DNA of 58,872 bases from a virus (Duplodnaviria; Caudoviricetes), in the IMG/VR virus record IMGVR_UViG_3300033997_000206, positions 1-58,872 of that record. One strand, written 5' to 3'. Both the position numbers and the translations under genes were made by a program. Shown here piece after piece: positions 41,336 through 51,502 of this stretch. The stretch's first letter is position 1; each line of letters starts with the position of its first letter. The notes under the pieces are model-generated. The model was not told the origin of the DNA. It did no database searches and saw only the letters and a program-made list of their open reading frames with translations.

Positions 41336-44300
41336 ATGACCACCATCGCCTCCCTTGGCCTACAGATTGACTCCGGCGATGCTGTCGAGGCGAAAGACAA
41401 CCTCGATCAGCTAACGGACGCCGGCAAGCGCAGCGAGGAGTCGGCTGGACGAACTGGGCGCGCCTGGGAGACAGCGCTGGGCGGCCTGCAGGGTGACACA
41501 CGGCAGATCGTTCAGGAGCTGCAGGCTCTCAATGCCAAGCAAACCGAGCTGGCGCAGCAGATGGCTACAGTGGGTCGTGCTGTCACCAGCGCATCTACGG
41601 CGTTCAGCAGTGCCGCAGCGAATATGGGGGCGTTCCGGACCGAGGCTGCGCAGGCAGGCAAGGTGCAGGAGGCACTCACCGGCGCAACGGACGCCGGCGC
41701 CCAGGCCGGGCGGCGCGCCGCCGAATCTGCCGACGAGCAGCAAGCCAGGATCTTGGCCGTGGCCAAGGCCTCGCTGGAGGCCAGCCAATACGTCCAGTCA
41801 CTGAACCGGGCGACCGAACAGAGCGCCGAGGTCACTGCCAAGGCGAATGCTGTGCTGTCTGACAGCGCCAGCCGCCAGGCGGCCATCAACAGCCGGGCCC
41901 AGGCTCTCATCGCTACGGAGGAGCGCCGGGCAGAGGCGGCGAAGAAGGCCGCTGGCGCCCACCGGGAAGAAGGCCAGGCGCTCGAGGAACTGCTCGGCAA
42001 GATCGATCCGACCGTGGCTGCCATGGGCCGGCTGGACCAGATGGAACAGAAGCTGAGGAGCTTCCGCACAAGTGGTGCGCTAGATGCGGAGACGTTTGGC
42101 GAGTATCAGGCGAAGATCGACCAAGCACGCACTGCACTGGGCGGAGCCGATGCTGCGCTGAATAAGACCGGCATGTCGGCCAAGGCCACTGCAGCTGCAC
42201 TACGCGGCGTGCCAGCGCAGTTCACCGATATCGTGGTGTCTCTGCAAGGCGGACAGGCCCCGCTCCAAGTGCTGCTGCAACAGGGCGGGCAGCTCAAGGA
42301 CATGTTTGGCGGCATTGGCCCTGCCGTTAAAGCCCTCGGCGGTTATGTCTTGGGTTTGGTGAATCCGTTCACCGTGGCAGCAACTGCGGCTGGTGTACTG
42401 GGATACGCTTATTACTCGGGGAGCGAGGAGGCTGTCAGGTTCCAGAAAGCGCTGATCACGACCGGTAATGCTGCTGGCACAACCTCCGACCGGCTATCTG
42501 GCATGGCGCGCGAGGTTTCGGCCACTGTCGGCACCACCGGCGCAGCATCCGAAGTGCTCACCAAGCTGGCAGACAGCGGCAAAGTCGCCTCCGATAGCTT
42601 CGTCGGGATCACAGAGGCCGCTCTCGAGTGGCGTTCGGCGACTGGGCGGGCGGTCGAGGAAACCGTCGCTGAGTTCGTCAAAATCGGCAAGGACCCAGTG
42701 GCCGCCGCGAAGGATCTAAACGACCAATACAGCTTCCTGACTGCGGCGACCTACTCGCAGATCCTGGCATTGAAAGAGCAAGGCGACACCATCGGGGCGG
42801 CCAAGCTACTAACCGACACCTACGTCGACACCATCAAGAACCGCAGCAAAGAGGTCACTGAGAATCTTTCCATATGGGAGCGAGGATGGAAGGCCCTGCG
42901 CGGGGAGGTCGCTGCCACCGTGGACTCGGTCAAGAACATTGGCCGGGACCAGGACCTCGCAAGCCGTATCGTCGAGACTCGTCAGCGTGTCGCCGCGGCG
43001 CAGAGCGCTGTAAATGGTGACCCGGACGACACGGCAGCACAAAAGAAGCTGACCGATGCGAGCCTCGAGCTGAAAGGGCTGATTCAGCAGCGTGACACCC
43101 TGGAGTCCGTAGCGAAGGCACGGGAGCTGGACGTCAGGCAGCAGAAAGCGGCAACGCTTGCCATGGACAAGATCGATGCATTGGAGAAGTCTGCCAGGAC
43201 AAACGCCGAAAAGCGGGCTGATGCGCTCAAGGAGTACCAAAAGTCCCTGGATGCAATTCGCAAGGCGAACCCGAACGACGATCGCCTGAAACCGGAGAAC
43301 ATCGCCAGGGTTAAGGGCGATATTGCCAAGCAGTTCAAGGATCCTGCCGGCCGAACAGCATCGGTCGACCTTTCCGGGTTCAACGACCAGAAAAACGCGC
43401 TGAGCGCCATCCTGGCTGAGTACAAGAACCACCAGAAGGAGCTGGATGCGGCGCAGAAGGCCGGGATCATCTCCCAGGAGTCGTACGCCTCTCAGCGCGC
43501 CGCGATCATCGAGCAGCAGAAGGCGGAGGTCACCAACGCCTACGAGGCCGAAATCAAGGCCCTGGAGGACGCCAAAGGTCGTAGCAGCACCAGTGCGCAG
43601 CAGCGCATCCAATTGGACCAGAAGATCGCCGACGCCCGGGCCGCCATGGTCAAGGCGCAGAAGGATGCTGATTCGGAATTGGCCGTGCTCGCCACCAATG
43701 AGCAGGGCCGCCTGGCCAAGCAGGCGAGGGCGGTGCAGACCTACACTGATGCCCTTGATCAGCAGGTCAAGGCCCTGAGGCTTCAGGGGCAGCGAGCTGC
43801 CGATGGCCTGGGCCTTGGCGACCGCCAGCGCGCCTTGCAGGACCAGCAGAACGGCATCACCGACCGCATGAACCAGCAGCGCCTGGACCTGGCCAACCAG
43901 TACGGCGACGGCTCGCGCGGCATGAGCCTCGACGAGTACAACCAGAAGCTGGCAGCCCTGAAGAAGACTGAGCGGGACCTACAGGAAACTACCGTCGCCA
44001 ACTACGACGCCATGACGGCGGCGCAGGGTGACTGGCGCAGCGGGGCATCATCTGCATTCAGCAGCTACCTGGAACAGGCCCGGGACGTCGCCGGCCAAAC
44101 CCGTACCCTGTTCAGCAACGCTTTCTCCAGCATGGAGGACGCTGTGGCGAACTTCGCCATTACCGGCAAGCTGTCGTTCTCCGACTTCGCCAAGTCGGTG
44201 CTGGCAGACATGGCCAGGATTGCGACCAGACAGGCGATCACCGGCATCGCCGGTAGCCTGTTTGGGTCGGCCATCGGCGGGTTCTTCGGCGGCGGGGCTT

Positions 44301-44755
44301 CGGCGGTCGGCGAGGGGACCATGACGGGGTTCAGCGAGGGCTCTTTTGTGCCCAACGCCAAGGGCGGGGTGTACGACTCGCCGAGCCTGTCCCACTTTAG
44401 CAACCAGGTACACAGCTCGCCGCAGTTCTTCGCGTTCGCGAAGGGGGCAGGCGTGTTCGGTGAGGCTGGACCGGAGGCGATCATGCCTCTGACCCGGGCT
44501 CCGGATGGAAACCTTGGGGTGCGTGCCCTGGGCGGTTCGGCTGGCGCGTCGAGCGCTGGAGCGGAGCAGAAAATGGAGGTCACTATCAATATCAACCGAG
44601 AAGGTGGCGGCGATGTGTCCGCTGACACAGCGATGGGGCAGCGGCTGGCGCCGCAATTCCTCGAACTGATCCGCGCCGAGATTGCGGCAAACGAACGCAA
44701 GACGTTGAGCCCAAGTGGCGGCGCAACATGGCGAGCCATTCAAGGGAGGCGATGA
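41336..44755 (+). CDS. Tail tape measure protein (lambda H-like)
   Basis: 1139 aa, Ala-rich; QFTDI..SL.GGQ.P..VLLQQGGQLKDMFGG; NAKGGVY, GEAGPEAIMPL. Confidence 0.95.
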   Translation: MTTIASLGLQIDSGDAVEAKDNLDQLTDAGKRSEESAGRTGRAWETALGGLQGDTRQIVQELQALNAKQTELAQQMATVGRAVTSASTAFSSAAANMGAFRTEAAQAGKVQEALTGATDAGAQAGRRAAESADEQQARILAVAKASLEASQYVQSLNRATEQSAEVTAKANAVLSDSASRQAAINSRAQALIATEERRAEAAKKAAGAHREEGQALEELLGKIDPTVAAMGRLDQMEQKLRSFRTSGALDAETFGEYQAKIDQARTALGGADAALNKTGMSAKATAAALRGVPAQFTDIVVSLQGGQAPLQVLLQQGGQLKDMFGGIGPAVKALGGYVLGLVNPFTVAATAAGVLGYAYYSGSEEAVRFQKALITTGNAAGTTSDRLSGMAREVSATVGTTGAASEVLTKLADSGKVASDSFVGITEAALEWRSATGRAVEETVAEFVKIGKDPVAAAKDLNDQYSFLTAATYSQILALKEQGDTIGAAKLLTDTYVDTIKNRSKEVTENLSIWERGWKALRGEVAATVDSVKNIGRDQDLASRIVETRQRVAAAQSAVNGDPDDTAAQKKLTDASLELKGLIQQRDTLESVAKARELDVRQQKAATLAMDKIDALEKSARTNAEKRADALKEYQKSLDAIRKANPNDDRLKPENIARVKGDIAKQFKDPAGRTASVDLSGFNDQKNALSAILAEYKNHQKELDAAQKAGIISQESYASQRAAIIEQQKAEVTNAYEAEIKALEDAKGRSSTSAQQRIQLDQKIADARAAMVKAQKDADSELAVLATNEQGRLAKQARAVQTYTDALDQQVKALRLQGQRAADGLGLGDRQRALQDQQNGITDRMNQQRLDLANQYGDGSRGMSLDEYNQKLAALKKTERDLQETTVANYDAMTAAQGDWRSGASSAFSSYLEQARDVAGQTRTLFSNAFSSMEDAVANFAITGKLSFSDFAKSVLADMARIATRQAITGIAGSLFGSAIGGFFGGGASAVGEGTMTGFSEGSFVPNAKGGVYDSPSLSHFSNQVHSSPQFFAFAKGAGVFGEAGPEAIMPLTRAPDGNLGVRALGGSAGASSAGAEQKMEVTININREGGGDVSADTAMGQRLAPQFLELIRAEIAANERKTLSPSGGATWRAIQGRR

Positions 44756-45093
44756 TGGCCATTGAAACCTTCCGCTGGGCTACTGAGCGCGGCGAGACCC
44801 CCGATATCCAGTACCGGGTGCGAGAGTCTCGCTTCGGCGGTGGATACCGACAGGTCGTTGGCGACGGCCCGAACAACAAGGAAGACAGCTACCCGGTGAC
44901 CATCACCGGCAGGAAGGCCCGGGTGAAGGAGGTCATGGACTTTTTCGACCGGCACGCTGGCGCGAAGGCGTTCCTCTGGAGCACCCCGCTTGGCGAGCTG
45001 GGCCTGTTCACCTGCGTCGATCCCAAGCCGACGCCGATGGGCGGCGAGCAATTCAAGGTCACCGCCACCTTCCAGCGGGCCTTCCACCCGTAA
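44752..45093 (+). CDS. Minor tail protein M-like
   Basis: FGGGY.Q...DG.N, F..RH.G.KAF.W. Confidence 0.88.
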   Translation: MMAIETFRWATERGETPDIQYRVRESRFGGGYRQVVGDGPNNKEDSYPVTITGRKARVKEVMDFFDRHAGAKAFLWSTPLGELGLFTCVDPKPTPMGGEQFKVTATFQRAFHP

Positions 45094-45102
45094 GGAATCA
45101 CC

Positions 45103-45852
45103 ATGACCCTGATCAAAGACATCCAGCTGCTCCAGCCGGGCAGCGAGGTGCTGATGTTCGAGCTCGACGGCTCGGACTGGGGCGCCGACATCCTGCGCTT
45201 CCACGGGCACGCGATCCCACACTCGCCCGCAGAGCTGGCAGCGGCCGGCGTGGATGCCGACCAGCTGCCGGCCAAGTCGATCTGGTGGCAGGGCAACGAG
45301 TACGACGCCTGGCCGATGCAGATCGAGGGCATCGAGGCGAACTCGGACGGTACCGCAGTGCGGCCGACGATCTCGGTCGGCAACGTCAATGGCCGGATCA
45401 CCGCCCTCTGCCTGGCCTTCGACAACCTGCTCGAGTTCAAGCTGACGATCCGGCAGACCCTGAAGCGGTACCTGGACCCGGTGAACTTCCCCGCCGGCAA
45501 CCCTGAGGCCGACCCGACCCAGGAGAGCACGGAGGTCTGGTACATCGACCAGAAGGTGTCGGAGAACGGCACGACGGTTTCTTGGGAGCTGGCCAGCCCG
45601 GGCGACGTCGGCGGCGAGAGCATCGGCCGCCAGATGACCCAGCTCTGCCATTGGGCCATGACAAACGGATACCGAGGCCCGAACTGTGGATACACCGGTC
45701 CTTACTTCGACTTCGACGGCAACCCCACGGACGATCCGGCCAAGGACCAGTGCAATGGCTGCCTGGATACCGGCTGCGCCGCGCGCTTTGGCCAGGGCAA
45801 CCAGCTGCCTTTCGGCGGCTTCCCAGCCGTCTCCCTGATCGCCAGGAGCTGA
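45103..45852 (+). CDS. Minor tail protein L-like
   Basis: CHW...YRGPNCGYTG...D.C..C...C..RF.....FGGFP. Confidence 0.92.
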   Translation: MTLIKDIQLLQPGSEVLMFELDGSDWGADILRFHGHAIPHSPAELAAAGVDADQLPAKSIWWQGNEYDAWPMQIEGIEANSDGTAVRPTISVGNVNGRITALCLAFDNLLEFKLTIRQTLKRYLDPVNFPAGNPEADPTQESTEVWYIDQKVSENGTTVSWELASPGDVGGESIGRQMTQLCHWAMTNGYRGPNCGYTGPYFDFDGNPTDDPAKDQCNGCLDTGCAARFGQGNQLPFGGFPAVSLIARS

Positions 45853-45854
45853 TC

Positions 45855-46610
45855 ATGCTGAAACACATCCTCGCCGCCTTGCAGCAGCACGCCGCGGCGG
45901 AGTACCCACGCGAGTGTTGCGGGCTGATCTTGGCCGTGGGCCGCAAGCAGGTGTACTTCCCCTGCGCCAACGTGGCCACCGAGCCGACCGAGGAGTTCCG
46001 CATCGCGCCGGAGCAGTATGCCGAGGCGGAAGACCAGGGACAGGTGATCGGCATCTTGCACTCGCACCCGGACGCCACCAGCAGGCCTTCGCCGCGCGAC
46101 CTGGCCATGTGCGAGGCCACGGGGCTGCCATGGCACATACTATCGTGGCCGGAGGGCGACCTGCGGACGATAACTCCAACCGGCGATACGCCGCTTCTGG
46201 GCCGGCCCTTCGTGCACGGCGCCTGGGACTGCTGGCAGGTATGCGCCGACTGGTACCAGCGCGAGTGGGGCTTGGGCTTCCCGGCCTATGCCCGCGAGGA
46301 CGGCTGGTGGGAGCAGGCGGCCGGCCCGAGCCTTTACGAACAGGCCTACGAGGCAGCGGGGTTCTACCAGGTCGACCGGCCCGAGCGCGGCGACATGATC
46401 GTCATGGCCGTCGGGCGGACGGCGCACCCGAACCATGCTGGCATCTACCTCGGCGGCGATCCCAAGATGCCCGGCGAGCAAGCAGACCTGTACGGCCCCG
46501 GCCCGTTCCTCCTGCACCACCTGTACGGCAGGCCGTCAGAGGTGATCATCTACGGCGGGCCCTGGCATGACCGGGCCCGCCTGATTCTGCGGCACAAGGA
46601 GGCCCGATGA
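45855..46610 (+). CDS. Tail assembly protein K-like (JAB + NlpC/P60)
   Basis: YPRECCG, HSHP.....PS..D, G..DCW, NHAGIYLG. Confidence 0.92.
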   Translation: MLKHILAALQQHAAAEYPRECCGLILAVGRKQVYFPCANVATEPTEEFRIAPEQYAEAEDQGQVIGILHSHPDATSRPSPRDLAMCEATGLPWHILSWPEGDLRTITPTGDTPLLGRPFVHGAWDCWQVCADWYQREWGLGFPAYAREDGWWEQAAGPSLYEQAYEAAGFYQVDRPERGDMIVMAVGRTAHPNHAGIYLGGDPKMPGEQADLYGPGPFLLHHLYGRPSEVIIYGGPWHDRARLILRHKEAR

Positions 46611-47191
46611 GCGCAATCGCCTACAAGCCCATGACGACCATCAAGCTGTCTGGATCGCTGGCCCAGAAGTTCGGGCGCACCCACCACCGGCAGCTCGATA
46701 GCGGTGACACCTGGGAGGTGTTCAAGGCCCTGAAGGCAACGCTGGCCGGTTTCGAAGAGGAGATTCGGCGCCTGGACGGCATGGGGCTGCGTTTCGCGGT
46801 ATTCCGGAACCGGCAGAACGTTGGTCTTGATGACTTCGAGCGCGGCGGTGTCCGCGAACTGCGGATCGTGCCAGTGATCGGTGGAAGCAAGCGCGGGGGG
46901 CTGCTGCAGACGATCGTCGGCGTGGTCATGGTGGTTGCCGGCGCTGTCACCGGCCAGGCGTGGGCGATGCAGATCGGTGCGGCCATGGCGCTTGGTGGCG
47001 TCATCCAGATGCTCAGCCCGCAAGCCAAGGGGCTGTCGCAGAGCGCGGCGCCGGAGAACAGGCCGTCCTACGCCTTCGGCAGCGCGAATAACACCACGGC
47101 ATCCGGCAACCCGGTGCCGATCTGCATTGGCGAGCGCCGCTGGGGTGGGGCGATTATCTCGGCGTCGATTTACGCGGAGGATAAAAGCTAG
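46607..47191 (+). CDS. Tail assembly protein I-like
   Basis: L.G.LA.KFGR, RIVPVI.GSK, SYAF....NT...G.PVP. Confidence 0.92.
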   Translation: MSAIAYKPMTTIKLSGSLAQKFGRTHHRQLDSGDTWEVFKALKATLAGFEEEIRRLDGMGLRFAVFRNRQNVGLDDFERGGVRELRIVPVIGGSKRGGLLQTIVGVVMVVAGAVTGQAWAMQIGAAMALGGVIQMLSPQAKGLSQSAAPENRPSYAFGSANNTTASGNPVPICIGERRWGGAIISASIYAEDKS

Positions 47192-47220
47192 GTACTGTTG
47201 CGCTCTAAAAAGGAGGCAGT

Positions 47221-47679
47221 ATGCGCGCGATAGTACTATCAGATGAAGGATTTCCAGCGTCCTACGTAAAGTCTGGCATAGTCAGGCTGGATTATGTCCC
47301 GCAGAAATTGGACTTTCCATTCCTGCTCTTGGCCGACATTGACCCTTTTGAAGCGCCGAAACGCTTTAAGTGGCTGGCGAGGGTAAGCAGCTGCAGTATA
47401 AAACCAGGGGTGGAGGCCGTTGAGGTTCAGCTAGATGGGTATTGGGCACTTACTGGCACTTCGCGTGAACTCCAGTCTTTGATTGAGCTGGATTATGTCG
47501 GCTCTAAGTATTACGCCACGCTTAAGGAGGAAATCTGGCAAAAAGCCGGAGCTCCTTCTCCTGAGGGCAACCCACCCAGCGAGTCGCCAGGTTTCCTGAG
47601 CCTGAAAGAGGCAACTCTCCGATTGGCCTCAAGTTATGGGGTTCCGGAATCATCAATCAAAATATCGATTACAAACTAA
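47221..47679 (+). CDS. Hypothetical protein (moron between I and J)
   Basis: AGGAGG RBS; AT-richer; own terminator. Confidence 0.75.
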   Translation: MRAIVLSDEGFPASYVKSGIVRLDYVPQKLDFPFLLLADIDPFEAPKRFKWLARVSSCSIKPGVEAVEVQLDGYWALTGTSRELQSLIELDYVGSKYYATLKEEIWQKAGAPSPEGNPPSESPGFLSLKEATLRLASSYGVPESSIKISITN

Positions 47680-47682
47680 ATC

Positions 47683-47709
47683 AAGCCCGCAGATTGCGGG
47701 CTTTTTTTT
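47683..47709 (+). terminator. Intrinsic terminator
   Basis: AAGCCCGC-AGATT-GCGGGCTTTTTTTT. Confidence 0.85.
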
Positions 47710-47723
47710 GCCCGGAGGAAAGC

Positions 47724-50700
47724 ATGGGCGCAGCACTTCAACCTGCCGTCACTGGCGCCAAGGGCGGCGAGAAGAAGCCCAAGGCGCCCTACGAGGCCCC
47801 GGACAGCCTACGGTCGACCAACATCGCCAAGATTCTGCTGGCCGTTGGTGAGGGCGAGTTCGACGGTACCCCGACTGACCGCGATATCTATCTCGACAAC
47901 ACCCCAATCATGGACGTCAGCGGCAACGTGAACTTCCCGGGTGTGAAGTGGGAGTTTCGCCGCGGCTCAGTCGAGCAGGACTACATACAGGGCATTCCAT
48001 CTATCGAGAGCGAGACATCTGTCGGCGTGGATCTGCGCAGTGATCAGCCGTGGACGCGTGCGTTGAGCAACACCAAGTTGTCGGCTGTGCGCCTGCGCTT
48101 CAGCTGGCCACGCTTGCTCCAGCAAAACCCAACAAATGGCGACACGACCGGCTACACCATCGAGTACGCGATCGACATCGCCACCGACGGCGGCGCCTTC
48201 GTCGAGGCACACCGGAACGCGGTCAGCGGCAAGACTAGCAACGGCTATCAGCGCTCTGTGCGCGTCGACCTGCCGGCGGCGACCTCGGGCTGGGTGATCC
48301 GCGCCCGGCGCCTCACGCCGAACGCCAACACCGGCGCCATTGCCGACACGATGACCATCGCGGCCTACACCGAGATCATCGACCAGAAGCTGCGCTACCC
48401 CAACACCGCGCTGCTCTACATTGAGTTCGACGCCGAGCAGTTCCAGAACATCCCGTCGGTGACCGTGAAGTGCAAGGCCCGGCGCTGGCCGGTGCCGACC
48501 AACTACGACCCGATCGCCCGCACCTACACCGGCACCTGGGACGGCACCTTCAAGCAGGCCTGGACCAACAACCCGGCCTTTGTCACCTATGGCCTGTGCG
48601 TCGAGGACCGGTTCGGCCTGGGCAAGCGCATCAAGTCGTGGATGGTCGACAAGTGGGAGATGTACCGCATCGCCCAATACTGCGACCAGCTGGTGCCGGA
48701 CGGGGTAGGGGGCCAGGAGCCGCGGTTCCTGTGCGACATGAACCTGCAGGCCAAGGCGGAGGCCTGGACGCTGCTGCGCGACCTGTCGGCCATCTACCGG
48801 GGCATGGTGTATTGGGCGCAGGGCGTGCTGTTCATGCAAGCCGACATGCCCAGGGCGCAAGACTTCGACTACGTGTTCACGCGGGCGAACGTCATCGACG
48901 GCGAGTTCACATACGGCGGCGCCGAGCGCAGCACGCACTACAGCCGTGCCCTGGTCAGCTACGACAACCCAGGGAATAACTACGACACCGACGTGATCCC
49001 GGTCACCGACCTGACGCTGCAGCGCCGGTACCAGGACCGGTCTATCGAGATCTCGGCCATCGGCTGCACACGCGCTTCCGAGGCCCAGCGCCGCGGCAAG
49101 TGGGCGCTGCTGAGCAACAACCAGGACCGCACCGTCACCTTCAAGACTGGCATGGAGGGCCGTATCCCGCTGCCTGGCCACGTCATCCCGGTGGCGGACG
49201 AGTTGCTTTCGGGGCGGCCCAATGGTGGCCGGATCGCTGCGGCGGCCGGCAAGGTCGTGACCCTGGACCGTGACACGCAGATCAAGGCCGGTGACCGGCT
49301 GATCATCAACCTGCCCAATGGCAGCGCCCAGGGCCGCACCGTGCAGTCAGTGGCCGGTCGCGCTGTGACCGTGACCACGGCCTACTCGGTCCAGCCGGAG
49401 CCCGAACTGCAGTGGGCGATCGACGCTGACGACCTGGCCATCCAGCTGTTCCGGGTGCTGAAGACCTCGCGCACCGCCGAAGGCGAGTACGAGATTACCG
49501 CGCTGGAGTTCAACCCGAGCAAGTTCGCCGCGATCGACACCGGGGCCAAGCTAGAGGAGCGGCCAATCAGCGTAATCCCGGTGACGACCGTGCCGCCGCC
49601 GGCAAGCGTGACACTGACGTCCGACTACGCGATTGCCCAGGGCCTGGCCGTCAGCACGATGACCATCGCCTGGCCCGCCGTGGAAGGGGCCGTGGCCTAC
49701 GACGTCGAGTGGCGCAAGGACAGTGGCAACTGGATCAGGCTTCAGCGCACCGGTACCGCGTCGGTGGACGTGGTCGGTATCTACGCCGGTCAGTACCTGG
49801 CCCGTGTGCGTGCGGTCAGCGCCTTCGACATCACTTCCACCTGGCGCAGTTCGGTGCTCACCGACCTGAAAGGGAAGGAGGGAACGCCTCCGGCGGTTAC
49901 GTTCCTCACGGCCACCAGCGAGATTTTCGCCATCCGGCTGAAGTGGGGACTGCCGCCCGGGGCCGAGGACACGCAGCGAACGGAGATCTGGAGCAACCCG
50001 ACCAACGACCTGACCAGCGCCACCAAGCTGGCGGACCTGGCCTATCCACAGTCAGAGCACGTGATGTCCGGCCTGGCCGCTGGTGCTGCGTTCTTCTTCT
50101 GGGCGCGCCTGGTCGACCGGACCGGCAACATAGGCCCGTTCTTCCCGGTTCCGCCAACGGCGGTGCAGGGCATCGCCCAGACCGACCCAGGCCCAATCCT
50201 CGACATGATCTCCGGCGAGATTGACGAGTCCATGCTCGGCGAGGAGCTGAAGAACAAGATCGACGGGCTACAGGACCAGATCAACGCCCTGGACGGCCTG
50301 AAGGCCTACGACAAGGGCGAGCCCTATGAGGAAGGCCAGATGACGGTGGTCGATGGCCGGATCTATCAGGCTATCCATGACGTACCAGCCGACCCGAGCG
50401 GAGCCAATGCGCCGCCAAACGCTTCGTTCTGGATCGACGTTGGTCAGTCCATCGAGTCGGCCAATGGCCTCGCCCAGCAAGTGCAGACCAACACCGCCAA
50501 GATCGAGGAGGTGGACGGGAAGGTCGAAGCATCAGCCAGCCAGTTGAGCGCGCTGCAAGCGGCCTGGCGCCCTGACAGCGCGGAGGGAGAGCTTGCGGAT
50601 GCGCTCGCGGGCTGGAGCTCCAAGGCTCGTCTGGCTCGCGAGCAGATGGTCCGAGCGAGCGAAACCGAAGCGCTTGCGCGCAGCTCCGAAACGCTCGACG

Positions 50701-51200
50701 CCAAGATTGGCCAGACCAACGCAACGGTCCAGACCGTCAGCCAGGCCCAGGCCAACCTCGAGGGCAAGGCCAGCACGATGTGGTCGGTCAAGATGCAGCT
50801 GAACGCCCAGGGGCAGTACGTCGCCGCCGGTATCGGTCTCGGCATCGAGAACGGCCCGGCGGGCCTGCAGAGCCAGTTCCTGGTGTCGGCTGACCGGTTC
50901 GCCGTGGTGAACAACATCAACGGCACGCTCTCGTCGCCGTTCGTTGTTCAAGGCGGTCAGGTGTTCATCAATCAGGCGCTCATCAACACGGCCTACATAC
51001 AGCAGATTGTCCTCGGCATGACGCTCAGATCGCAGGCGGTGAACTCGCAGGGGCAACCGCTGATCGAGCTGAACATGGTGACAGGCGCCGTGGCGATTCG
51101 CGGACAGGATGCCAGCGGCTCGACCCTCATTACCAACGGCCAGGTCAACACCTACTTCACCAGCGGCAACCCGGCTACCAAGATGGGTATCGGCATATGA
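47724..51200 (+). CDS. Central tail tip / host-specificity protein J-like
   Basis: GAKGG start, WTNNPA, A.YCDQLVPDG.GG.EPRF, FnIII-like repeats, SQFLVSADRFAV. Confidence 0.95.
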   Translation: MGAALQPAVTGAKGGEKKPKAPYEAPDSLRSTNIAKILLAVGEGEFDGTPTDRDIYLDNTPIMDVSGNVNFPGVKWEFRRGSVEQDYIQGIPSIESETSVGVDLRSDQPWTRALSNTKLSAVRLRFSWPRLLQQNPTNGDTTGYTIEYAIDIATDGGAFVEAHRNAVSGKTSNGYQRSVRVDLPAATSGWVIRARRLTPNANTGAIADTMTIAAYTEIIDQKLRYPNTALLYIEFDAEQFQNIPSVTVKCKARRWPVPTNYDPIARTYTGTWDGTFKQAWTNNPAFVTYGLCVEDRFGLGKRIKSWMVDKWEMYRIAQYCDQLVPDGVGGQEPRFLCDMNLQAKAEAWTLLRDLSAIYRGMVYWAQGVLFMQADMPRAQDFDYVFTRANVIDGEFTYGGAERSTHYSRALVSYDNPGNNYDTDVIPVTDLTLQRRYQDRSIEISAIGCTRASEAQRRGKWALLSNNQDRTVTFKTGMEGRIPLPGHVIPVADELLSGRPNGGRIAAAAGKVVTLDRDTQIKAGDRLIINLPNGSAQGRTVQSVAGRAVTVTTAYSVQPEPELQWAIDADDLAIQLFRVLKTSRTAEGEYEITALEFNPSKFAAIDTGAKLEERPISVIPVTTVPPPASVTLTSDYAIAQGLAVSTMTIAWPAVEGAVAYDVEWRKDSGNWIRLQRTGTASVDVVGIYAGQYLARVRAVSAFDITSTWRSSVLTDLKGKEGTPPAVTFLTATSEIFAIRLKWGLPPGAEDTQRTEIWSNPTNDLTSATKLADLAYPQSEHVMSGLAAGAAFFFWARLVDRTGNIGPFFPVPPTAVQGIAQTDPGPILDMISGEIDESMLGEELKNKIDGLQDQINALDGLKAYDKGEPYEEGQMTVVDGRIYQAIHDVPADPSGANAPPNASFWIDVGQSIESANGLAQQVQTNTAKIEEVDGKVEASASQLSALQAAWRPDSAEGELADALAGWSSKARLAREQMVRASETEALARSSETLDAKIGQTNATVQTVSQAQANLEGKASTMWSVKMQLNAQGQYVAAGIGLGIENGPAGLQSQFLVSADRFAVVNNINGTLSSPFVVQGGQVFINQALINTAYIQQIVLGMTLRSQAVNSQGQPLIELNMVTGAVAIRGQDASGSTLITNGQVNTYFTSGNPATKMGIGI

Positions 51201-51502
51201 GCACAGGTTTTCTTGCTTTCGGAGAAGATGGATCGGTCGTAACTGACATGACAGTGCTCGTCAGTCAGACGCAGGGAAGCGTAGTGACTGACAGCGCGAA
51301 TGGAAGTGCAACGATGCCGCCTGTACCCGCCGGGCGGCAACGTTTCTACATGATCGTTCCGCTCGTTGACATGAACAGGGAAAAGGGGAAAAGGCCAGGC
51401 GTTAGTATTTCAGAAAACACCATAACCTGGACGTATTCATTTAGTACCAACAACTGGGGGTACTTTTCGGCTAACTGTCGAATTTACTATGGGTATTACT
51501 GA
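51197..51502 (+). CDS. Tail-tip associated protein
   Basis: ATGA-coupled to J; ends IYYGYY. Confidence 0.7.
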   Translation: MSTGFLAFGEDGSVVTDMTVLVSQTQGSVVTDSANGSATMPPVPAGRQRFYMIVPLVDMNREKGKRPGVSISENTITWTYSFSTNNWGYFSANCRIYYGYY

